In this document: piece by piece, positions 38,236 to 49,735 of the stretch
Layout of the letters: each line of letters starts with the position of its first letter
How positions within the stretch are numbered: the first letter of the stretch is position 1
Assembly (NCBI RefSeq): GCF_032062105.1
Contig: NW_026927325.1
Location: 124,001-188,000 of the forward strand
Source of the DNA: Saccostrea cucullata
Lineage: Eukaryota
DNA: 64,000 nucleotides
Direction: 5' to 3'
Notes under the pieces: generated by a model
Told to the model about the DNA's origin: nothing
What the model saw: only the letters and a program-made list of their open reading frames with translations
Database searches by the model: none
Made by a program: the position numbers and the translations under genes

Positions 38236-41200
38236 ATGTAAATATGATTATTTTTCTTATCTCAGGGGGGATTTATTGTTTTCAAGCCTTCTAGAATAAT
38301 TGTTGCTTGTAGTATCAAGTACGCTAAATGACTCCGTAACAAATGAATGGGACAAGAAAAGAAAAACTCGGAATTCTCTGTTTGGCTGGCATGTACATAA
38401 TCAATGAATGAATGTTCTAACTTAACTGTCAAGGAGTTATATTCGTTTGCCTTTCATCGATGCCGTATTTCTGATATACGTCACAAAATCATTTTAAATT
38501 TTACCCAACGTAAATGAATGAGAAATAAATGTTTATTTTGTCCTGTTAAAATCAGCAATGTTAAGGAATAAGGATGATAAAAAAGACATTGATATCTTGT
38601 AGCATGTTAAATTTTAAGCAAATTTTGTAGTGAATCGCAAGTGGCATTAATTAAGTAGACACGTTTATAATTTAGTCATGTTCCTTGAACCTAGCCATGG
38701 CTGGTAATATTTGCGACTCACAGTCTAGGAGAAAAAAAATGCATATTTTATTATTTGTTGCATATAAATATGACAGATAAACAAGTAATACATTTTTTTA
38801 CTTTCTGAAGGAGTGGAAGAGTACCAACAGCAAGTGGCAGTCGACCACGGACTGGGGCCAGGCTGGGTACAGCAGGTATCCTTACATTTGTAAACTAATT
38901 TTTGTGAATTTTACAACAAATTACCATGATTACAGACTCAAGACTCTATATGCTGTATATGATTTTTAAATCTGTGTTAACATATTTTAGATATGTTCAT
39001 ATACTTTTTTCTCTTTTTAGCTCCAGGACTGCAGCCAGGCACTGCCACACGATTAACAACAGCTATGGTACATTTTTATAAATATATATTTTTATGAACT
39101 GAAAACTGTTTTTTTTTCCTTAATATTTGAATATTATCAATTTGTTCTTGATTGAAGAATATATTGTCACAATGATTTATAACCGATGTACAAGTACATG
39201 TATGCTTTACATTTACAGAATCCTGGGACAGCGCGACCTGGAACTAGAGGGGGACAGACTGGGGGAGGTGTTGGTATGTGATTGTCTTCTTTTTTTTATT
39301 TTACCTCTTGCAGAGAAATCCACCTTAGGCTATGTAGAAATTATACATCCTGAGTAATTCTTATTACAAAGTAAATAAAATTTAAAGATTTTCTTTTTTC
39401 ACATTTTAGTTAAACATGCATCCTTTTTAAAATTCATTGTTTGACTTTAAAATTTATTTTTAAAAATCTTGTGTTGTAGCACTGTCATCTCAAGTTACAG
39501 TGGTTGACAGACCCATGACACAACAAGGATTGGGAGGAATGAAAACAGGAATAAAAGGAGGTCTGAACATTTTCAATAAAAGAGAAAAAAACTTTTGTGT
39601 TGGATTTTATGAATGAATGTGTCTCACTTTAATCTTATTTATCATGTTTATGACTGTAATGTCTTGCTTTAAATATTGTTTTAAATATTCGTTCATACAG
39701 GCTCACAAAGAATGGTCCAAGATAAAACATATTTCCTAGGGCTTATTAGGTAAGATATATCGTGAGTATATTAATTTAAACTCAGTTATTTGCAGCTTTT
39801 ATTTAGTACTTTGATCTAATTATTTTATATCCACAGAGGGAAGTTAAATGAATTAAATGCAGAGAATGGAAGATTGAAACAGGAGATTGAGAACTCCTCA
39901 GAAGAAAATTCATCATTTCTCACTTATGAAAAGAGGTAGGATTTCTTTTAAGAAATGATTTTAAATGGACATTGTAATATGATTCAAAAATGACAAAGCC
40001 TCCCTAATGGTCATTATGATTTAATTTTTTTCAGGGCTGAATCACTTGCTAGTGAAATTAGAGATCTACAAGGAGAGTTGGGGGATTACAACACAGTAAG
40101 TTTTTGAGAAATTATATGTAAGTAATGAAAATATTTGTTTTGTATGAGATAAATTCCAGTTGTTCTTGATTGGTATACAGTGTAATAGTAAGTTATTAGG
40201 GGAAAAAGGCATTTTCACCAATCTTGAGAAATAACAAGTTTCTGTATATGATGTTGGTCCTCATATTCTAGGAATAGATCTTGTTTTAAAATATTAATAA
40301 CTTATTTCAGCTTGTTGACAAATTAACTACAGATGAAGATATTCAAGATGTGGAATTTGACTTAAACGATGTGAGTGAACTTTTAAACAGAATATTCTTA
40401 TTTCTACATATGCTGTTATTTTCTGCATCTTTTAAAATATGTATAGAAACACAATACAGAAAAGCATAAACAATGGGAACTTTTAAAATGTATTTATTTA
40501 TTCTATGGTCATAAATATTGCAGCTGAGAGCAAACAATGAAAGAGAAGCAAAGAAAATTGAAGATTTATTTGAAGTTAAAAAAGAGTAAGTTAGAAGTAC
40601 CATAGAAAGTATTACTTTTAAATAGTTTTAGGTATTTTCATATTTACTGTGCTTAAAACTCCTTTTAATAAATAAGGCATTGTTTTAAATATTTGGAGTT
40701 GGTGTATAATGCATTTAAATTGAATTCAATATTTTTATACCAATTATTTTTTGTACTCTACTTTTCCTTTATCATGGTAGAAAAGAGGAGAGGATTAGAC
40801 AGCTAGAAACAGAACTTGACCAAGAAAAACGCATGGCTGATAATTTGGTTAATGATATGGTAAGGATTATTTGCACTGGATTGTTCATTTATATGTTTAA
40901 CAGTATTGCTGTAATGAACAATTTACTGAGCTTCGGGAAAACCAAAACTAATATTCTTTCTTTTTTTTAGGAGCCAGACATGAAACAGAGATACTTCTCC
41001 CTCAAAGACATGAATGAACACATGTTAAGACAGCTAGAGAAATCACAGCAAGAGTTAGATGTACTCAACTCTAAAACAGCAAACCTTCAAGAGGTATGAT
41101 CTTCATTCAATCAGCATATACATTGTCATTAGCAATTCATGTTCTGAAGTATTTTGCTGTGTGGTCACAAAGAAATGAGAATGAAAGTTTTACTTAATTA

Positions 41201-44098
41201 ATAAGTAAATTTAATGAACTTTACAAGTAAATTGGAATTTTATCAATTAAACCAAGAAAATAAGAAAGGAAAAATTAACCATACTACATGTAGGTGCATT
41301 AATATCAATGTGTGATTATCTTTCCAGGAATTATCAATGTCTCAAGTCAAACAGGAGGCAGGTATGTATATAGTTTGAAATAAAAAAGAATGAAACTAAA
41401 TACAGAATTTTATTTATTGTGTTCATGAGCCTAAGTTTTAAAATTTTTGAAATTAATTATTTTCAGTGAGGCTTTATGACCAGATTAATGAATTGGAGAT
41501 CCAGAGGGATAACTATTTGGAGGAAACTCGGAATAAACAGTCCCCTGCCGAGGAGAGGGAGAGACTGCTGAAACAGGTCAAGGACGACAACCAGGAGATT
41601 GCCAGCTTAGAGAGACAGTCAGTCATTACCCTTACTGAGATTGTGCACTTAATATGAAGATTATATCATTGAGTATTATGCAAAACATCAATTAGTATTT
41701 AATTCAAAATTTATTTTTTTTATTGCCTCACCAGGTGACCTGAAGTGTTTTATATATCATGATTATTTTTTTATGCTCTTGTAGGACTAATGAGCTGAGG
41801 GAGAAAATTGAAAATATTGAAGAAGAGATCCGACAACTTGACCTTGATATAGAGGAGAATCAGGGTAGGTAGAATAGAATCAAGAATGCAAAAGAAAAAA
41901 ATAAAGAGAAAATAATCAAGGAGAAAAATAATTTGTGGAGTTTAAATGTTTACACTTAAATATTCTTTTTTTTTTTTACAGGAGAGAGAAATCAGAAATA
42001 TAAAGAATTAAAGAAAAGAGAAGAAACTATAGATGGTGAGAAATCAAATGGACATAGCCAGCTTCATTTCATGTTTTATTTTGAGAACTTGTATGTATGA
42101 ATATTAATTTGAAGATATTGTTTTCAAATGATGAAAAATGTATTATTATTGTATTGTTTAGAATTCCTGAATAACTTTGAAGAATCAAAAGCACAAGAAC
42201 TGGTAAGCAAAACAGTAGTGGATCGGAGCACAAATGAATTGATAAGTAAAAGTGATGAAACAGAAAAAAGCAATTGTCAACCTTGAAATCTTGATACATG
42301 TACTTTGAAAGTGTGTTTAAAACATATGAGTCATTGATACCACTTGATATTTCTGTTTCCAGGAAAAATTAAAACAGACCGAGCAGAACATTGTGTCTCT
42401 CCTTGAACACACAAGTCGGGTAGGTGGAATAATCTTCTCAGAATACTTGAACATATACTGGAAATCTCTGAAAATAAGTAATATTTCACAAAATTCAAAT
42501 GCATAAATCAGGTTTGTTTTAAGGATAAGATTTATGTTTATTAGCTCTGTATCAAATGCATCATCCAGAAATTGTCGAAATACTTCAAACTATTAAAATT
42601 ATGTGAAAACCACTGAAGAAGAAATGTCCAGAGTCTGAAGGAGATTGCTACTCTTTCTGTAATCTAGATTGTTTTTGTTCTGGAAATTTTGCTAATATTT
42701 CAGACTATATTGTTGATGTGCAAAAAAAAAAAGAGTGTATAAACTACTGAATGTTATGATGCTTTATTGATTTGTAGAATATGAGTCGCTTCACTGCATT
42801 GCCCACTCCACAAGAGCTAGGAACAATGAAGGAAGATCTAGAGTTTAAGACTGGTGAAATGAAGAAATCGGAACAAACAACAGTAGGACTGGCTGCAGGT
42901 AGGATTTATTTGTAGGCTAGGATAAATGTGTACATAACATTCCTACATTGTCGCTGTCTGAAATGAACATAAATGGAGGTCACTGATGATGTGGAAGATA
43001 CACATGTACTAGCTTCTAGATATTTGTAATTCACATGATGCTAAGAAGTTAAGATACAAATGTACAATTTATTTCATTCCAGAGAGTGACAAACTACAGT
43101 CTGATCTACAGAAGGTAGAACAATTAGAGGAGAAAATCAACACAGAACTGGTCATGTTACGGGAGAAGATCTCCACCATGGAAAAAGAACTGGAGGTTTA
43201 CTCAGATCTCAGCACTCTGAAAGAAGAGGCAGAGAAAAAGAGAAGGGTTAGTCATCAATGTTTATTATAGGCATGAATGAATATATTGAGTCAGATTGCC
43301 AGATTTGTAATTCAGCTGCAATATGCTACAGCATAGCTGAAATATGAGTGTGAATTTGCTTAGAGTGCAAATACTGATCAGTTTACAAAAAAGTTCATAG
43401 ATTCTGACATACTACATGTACATGTATTTTTCTTTTTAGCTAATAATTTCAAAAGAATTAACCTGTCCATATATTTTGTAGAAATTGATGGATGACAGAG
43501 TGATCTTGCAAAGGAGGAGGGATACATTTAAGAAGACCATGCAACAGCTGACCAGCCAGTATGAGGGCATGAAGGCCCAACTGAATGAGAATGAGACGTT
43601 CGTTCAGGTAAGACATACTATGAATATGTTCAGACGTAAAACTCATCAGAAAAATGTTTCTCAAATGGTTATTAACTTCACCAGGAATTGGGATATAGTT
43701 TCTATATTTTGCTGTTAAAGTGAGATGTATCTGATATTCTTTTTTTCTTTTTAAATCAACAGCTGGGTAACTTAGAGAAGAAGTGGCAACACCATGAACA
43801 GAACAACTTTGTCATGAAAGAATGTATCCTTTTCTGTTGCTCAAATATATTTAATTTTAGTAATGATAACACAATAAGTAATAATTGATTTTTTTTTTGT
43901 ACCAAAAAAACCTCCAACTCTGAAGTCCCGAAATTCAAACAGTAACCTAGGGTTTAACTTTTCCTTAACCACAACACAGTTATCAGCACCAAGACAATGG
44001 AATGTGATTACAGGGCCATATCCAAACGGGTTTCTTCTTCCATTGATGAGTTTAACTTAGTTCTACAAAGACAGATGGCGGGAAAGACCAGCATGTAG
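38236..44098 (+). CDS. IFT74: Intraflagellar transport protein 74; 23 exons starting at 38236 (AT only), 38811, 39021, 39219, 39480, 39701, 39837, 40035, 40311, 40524, 40781, 40971, 41328, 41467, 41786, 41982, 42162, 42363, 42778, 43083, 43482, 43763, 43980
   Basis: Basic N-terminus with RPGT-type repeats, [104 protein letters not shown]. Splice phases are consistent. Confidence 0.96.
43824..43979 (+). other. U12-type (minor spliceosome) GT-AG intron
   Basis: 5' site GTATCCTTT, branch point TTTTCCTTAAC ending ~10 nt before the CAG acceptor, no polypyrimidine tract. Confidence 0.93.
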
Positions 44099-44492
44099 AG
44101 ACATTAGAAAAAGATCTTTCAATGACATTTTGTTTATTTATATGTAATGAGTAAATCCGTCCATAAATAAAATATTTTTCAATAATTTATTGTTGGTTGT
44201 GAGGAAAATTGAAGAGTTGTCACTCTTGCTAAAGTTATCTTTCTTTACTTGAACTCTTCAGTGGCACATGGAAGTTTGTTTACATCTGGAGTGTGCATTG
44301 ACACTATAGTTTACAGTTAGGTCTTTTGGAGTTTTATTCATTAATATGCTTTAGGAATATATTTCATTGTGAAAAGTATCATTGACCAGAAATTTAAACC
44401 CCAATGGACAGTTTGGGTATGTACGTAATTATAGGTCTAGGTGTAATATGTAATTCAAATACAATGTATATACTATCTTAGAATCTATCAGG

Positions 44493-47400
44493 ATGGCAGT
44501 TGTAATAGAAACTTCAGATGGTGCATTTATTGATCATGCTAAAGCACTTGAGAAAGTCTACAACAAAGTCCAAATCAATACGCAGACTGTTGGCTCGTGC
44601 AGTTTGATTTCAGACCTGTTTGACATTCATGAACCTTACAAAATGGACTCCCAGGTTTTGGCAGAACAAACCTCAAAAGAAAAGGGTGTACCACAGCGCA
44701 AGAGAAAGGTATTGGAGGCCCAGCTGAAACTTTAATAAAGATTGTTGAAATATTCAAATAATATCAGAGGCAAATATATAGAGAATACTTTAACATATAC
44801 CCTTTTCCAAATCACATCCTGTATCAGCCCGAGACACCAATATCAGCCAGAGTGCCTAAGGCCCGAGGGCTGATATTGGTCGAGGACTGATACAGGATGG
44901 GATGTGGAAAAGGATATGTTTTATTATGTTTATTACATATTTAGTAATAAAATACAGTACACATTTAGATGAGAAAATAAGTAAAAAATCATGCACGGAG
45001 TTCTTACATGTACATGATCTATTATTTCCTATGTAGCTTGTAACACGAGCTTTGATTGGTTACAAAGTCGGTTGTAAATTTCCGTACACCCGACTTGAGC
45101 CGGGTGTAAATAAAACATGACGTCACAATGCATAGTTTTTTTAATTTTTCACGATGCATTGTAGTACGTAGTAAATCTTATCGATAGGTTGGACAAAGTA
45201 GATTGGATTTATGTTTACAAAGAATTTTTATGGATACATAGGAAATAAATTTGTTATCCAGGTCCAATGAAGGGTGTACGGGGATTTACCCCGGGTTGTA
45301 TTCCATACACCCTTCGGCCTCAGGGTGTATGGAATAAAACCCGGGGTAAATCCTGTCCAGGTCCAATCAAGGGTGTATGGGAATTTACCCCGGGTTGTAT
45401 TCCATACACCCTTCTGCCTTCAGCCTTCGGCCTCAGGGTTTATAGTCTATTAGAATAAAACCTGGGGTAAATCCCCGTACACCCTTGATTGAACCTGAAT
45501 AACTAATATTGTCTCATGCGGTTTGGGTTTACTTCTATTTCAAATGTGCCCGATCCATAATTTGAAATTTTTATTTTTTTGTCATTTAGATTATCCTTAT
45601 ATTCAAAAAGTTAAAAATAAAGAATATGTACCCCCCAAAATATTTGTATGATCACAATTAGTGTTTTTTTTAGGCTTAATTTACTAAGGGTGTGATATTA
45701 ATCCGTATTAGCCCCACAAATCCATATCATACTGCAGGGTTGATATGGCTATTGTGATGTCAGGCATATCGCATATGCAAAAATCCTGTATTTATTACTA
45801 AGTATGTAATAAAACAATATTTGAATGTGATGTGTGTTAGGTAGAGTCCTATGTTGAATTGTCTTTTCTAAAGCATTACACAACTGTCACATTTATTAGT
45901 TATTTGACTTTATAGCTTAAAAGAAATCTTGCTATTTACATATAATAGTAAACTCCCATCCCCATTTCTTTAACTGGATTTTCTTTTATGATGAACATTT
46001 TAAAAAACAAATTCTTCAAATTTTTCAATCCATTATGGTAAAAAATGTTCCAAACTAACTAATTCAGTGTTAATCATACAACTTTGTTTCTCAATGACAT
46101 ATACAACTCGGTCAAGATTTATTGTTATTTATTTTATTAGAGAAAAAGAAAGTCAGAGCTTAACATAGGAGAGATTGAGGCCAAGAAGTACCATTCACAA
46201 ATTGTCCAGAGGGTGACAGATGTCCACAGGAAACTAACTGACAAAGCTAGAGCAATGGGAATCATTCGGGATAAAAGTGAATTTGTCAGTTCTCTTGCAA
46301 GGAAAGACGTGCAGGATAAAGAGGATTCAGAGACAGGCAATGAAGTATCAGGGCCTGAAGTGTTGGACAATAACATAGCAGCAAGAGGTGCGGCTAGTAT
46401 AAGGGGAGGAGACACTTCTCTAATTGATGTCTGTCAAACAGAGGCTCCGCTCACTGACTGCCAGCCGCCAGTCATGGAAATGACTGAACAAAGTAAGTGA
46501 TCAAAGATTGAGATTAGGAGCATATTACATAAAAATCTAAAATTTCATTTTGAATTACACTGTAAATAATGATTAAAACAGCTTTTAGTTTATAATGATT
46601 TTGGACAAATAAAGTTGAATGTTTTTTCCCTGTATCCTAAAAAACCCAAACAGTTTTGCATTCAATTTAACATTGAGGTATTGTATTTTTGTTTCTAGTG
46701 AAGTTGTCAGATTGTGTGAACAGAGTTATCAGGAATAACTGGAGCATCCCCAGGCTTTGTCATTTTGACTCAGAGACTTACATTGTACCCCACAAGTCTA
46801 CTTTCCTCCTGTCTGATTTCAACCACCTCCAAAACATTTACCCCACATCTGGTAGGTAAATACAAAGAAAAATTGGCCACATGAATTCAAATGTTTTTAT
46901 AAGTGGAGATTTTGATAATGGAAATCTTTATTTACAGATGAAGAGAAATATGATCTGATTGTGCTAGACCCACCATGGCAGAACAAGTCAGTGAAGAGGA
47001 AAAAAATGTATGTTTTGAAGAGAAAGAAGCACCCTTACCCAAGGGAAAAAAGTGCCACATGTTTTCAGCACACTTTTCACTTGCAACACATTGTGTCAGT
47101 GATTTGAAGAGTTTGCTGCAAATTTGCCTCAAACTGTGTGTCAGAATTCAATTGCATACATGTTCAAGAATTGCATTTCAGCATCTTTGCTCCAAACATT
47201 TTTAATTACTGAAAACTTAGAGCAGTTAAGACAAGAGATGGCTTATATTTGGTAATGATAGGAATGTAAAGAAAATTCTGTTTCTTTTTTCACAAGTAAT
47301 ACAGTACTTGATGTGAATATATCTTTATTGAATCTTGACTAGGTATGGCAGTCTGAGAGATGAGGACCTACTGAGTATTTGTATGAAGAAGCTGGCAGCT

Positions 47401-49027
47401 CCAGGTTGTTTGGTGGTTGTCTGGGTAACCAACAGAATGAAGCACCTCGAGTTTGTCAAGGAAACTCTCTTCCCAAAGTGGTCAGTCACACATGTGGCAG
47501 AATGGCATTGGTTAAAGGTCAGTTTAAAATGAGTTTGTCCAAAATGATCCACTTACAGTAAGCAAGATAGTTTAATAATATACTGTAAACGTATTACATT
47601 TAGCGATGTATTCTATTTAGCAATTTTGGTGGAAAGCAGAGTCCGCTCAATCAAGTACATCGCTAAATGTTTTGCATATTAACTTTTATAACTAGCAAAT
47701 TCAGACAGCGTTAAATCAAATTTACGCAAACTTGTTGAAAATTGAATTTCCGCTAAATATCGTACACACCAAATATAATACATTTACAGTATCTTCTAAG
47801 TTGTGTAACAATCATTTGTAGTTTATGCATGAATCACAGATCAGTAGTATCATATAAATACATACAGTTTTCAGAAAAGTGCATTTTTCCCATAGGTTAC
47901 CAAGTATGGTGAGATGATTTATGACATAAACTCTGATCACAAGAAGCCGTACGAAATAATACTACTTGGAAGATACAATGAACCACAACAGCCCAAGCTT
48001 TGCATGGGGCAAAGGAATTCAAGTGAAAAACCAACCAAGGAAAATAAAGAGGAAAATACCAGCAGAAGTGATTCTGCCAGTGTTAAAATTTCATGTGTAA
48101 AAACTGATACAGAGGAAAAAGAAATAGTGACTGAGAGTGGTGGATCCTTGGTGGTGGGGATTCCTCAAGATAGTGGATCAAAGGAACTCTCCAGTGTTTA
48201 CAAAAAGAAAGGGGAAGATTTGGAGGCGTTTCCTGATAGTCGAGTCATAATCAGTGTTCCCTGTGCTCTACACTCTGTTAAACCTCCACTATTTGGTGAG
48301 TAAAACACAAGATGTTTAAAGAGTAATCAGTTCAAAGACAGTAATACATAGCAAATGGAAACTGAACATTATGTAAATAAATATTAATAATGTAAAATCT
48401 GTATGCAGGGGAATTTTTGCTCCCTTATTTTCACTCATTTTGCTGCTGTGGTCATCAGTGGGTGAATTCATGAACAGCCAATTTAAAAGAGACATAGTTA
48501 TAAATCTCTCTTTGAACATAAATTTATCGGTATTACCCTGAATACAGTAACAGGTAGCTCTCTCCCCCCCCTCTAATATTATAAAGGGGAAGGATTACTT
48601 TATCTTTGAAGATATCCAGTTGTTATTTATTATAAAATTTTTCATGAAAATAAAATGTCCCTGTACATGAAATAAACAATGAAAAAGCATATATCAATTA
48701 TTTTGATTTCAGAGGTTCTCAAGAAGTACTTAAAAGAAAACCCAAGATGCTTGGAGTTGTTTGCAAGGAATTTATGGCCACATTGGACAAGCTGGGGAAA
48801 TGAGGTGAGTATGTATTCAAAGGTATACATGCATTTCATATACTAAATGATCATTGAAAAATTCGTTTCCGTGGGTTGCCAAATTTATATTTAATTAGAA
48901 CATCAAAGATTTGTCTTTTTTTTTTTTTAAATCAAAAGCAGAGAAATGGACACATCACTGTATTTTATCTTTCTTTCTGTTAAAGGTACTCCTTCATCAA
49001 CACATGGACTTTTATGAATTCAAATAA
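44493..49027 (+). CDS. METTL4: METTL4 N6-adenine methyltransferase (MT-A70 family); exons 44493-44708, 46141-46492, 46699-46851, 46938-47007, 47343-47517, 47896-48295, 48713-48804, 48986-49027
   Basis: YIVPHKSTFLLSD, catalytic YDLIVLDPPWQNKSVKRK, VVVWVTNR, AEWHWLKVT, HKKPYE, ISVPCALHSVKPPL, CLELFARNL..WTSWGNEVL. Confidence 0.95.
44793..45812. mobile_element. Nested palindromic non-autonomous elements in METTL4 intron 1
   Basis: Hairpin at 44793-44920, tandemly duplicated hairpin at 45253-45503, and outer inverted match TATTACATATTTAGTAATAAAATACAG (~44931) vs CTGTATTTATTACTAAGTATGTAATA (~45786). Confidence 0.7.
47584..47789. mobile_element. TA-flanked MITE in METTL4 intron
   Basis: TA-CTGTAAACGTATTACATTT ... 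AAATATAATACATTTACAG-TA. Confidence 0.7.
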
Positions 49028-49735
49028 AGGTATGTAAGACACAAACAGATCATTTAATTAATTGAATATTTTTAATTCAATGGATGATGAAACTGTTTCT
49101 TTAGTTTGAAAATAAATTGCTACATAGCTATCAAACTGAAGTTTAAATATTAGTTACAATCACACATATTTTAATTAAAATTGAATTCATCAAAATGGAT
49201 TGTATTGCTCAAATCCTCAGAACTTAATCTCAGTTCCTGTTGAATTAAGATAACAAGAATTGACTAACTAGTCAAATTGGAAAATTTGAATGTTTTTAAA
49301 CAAAATTAAAAAAATTTTCATCAGATTCATACATGTCACTAACACTCTATGAGTATGAATGTATTATTCTGTGTATATACTCACTGCATACATAAAAACA
49401 CTTCTATGTTTTAATTGTATTTATCTGTAAGATGCAGATTTAAGTAACAGTAGCTGTCAATGCTACAAACAAAATATAAATCATAATGTGTCAAAAATAT
49501 TCTATACTTTATTAACAATAAACAATAAATAATGTCACAAATATATACAGGATTTTTATTTGAAATTTGTTTATCATTGAACTTCATCATAAAAATAACA
49601 AATGATTCACAGGAATGTATTGTAGGAGGTAATGGTTAATGAGTACTGTTGTCATGGTGATGAGTGAAAACATTTGCATTGTTCATTGCAAAAATCACAG
49701 TAAAGTCATTGTTTTATTGGTAAACATCATCACAT

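Noticed and set aside
38876-39020. Second U12 intron in IFT74 (donor GTATCCTTA)
   Set aside because: No TCCTTAAC-like branch point near the acceptor and a normal polypyrimidine tract; probably U2, though a converted U12 intron cannot be excluded.
35040-43000. Intronic C/D snoRNA candidates (TGATGA..CTGA)
   Set aside because: No convincing terminal stem or rRNA-complementary guide was seen; such motifs are expected by chance in AT-rich DNA.
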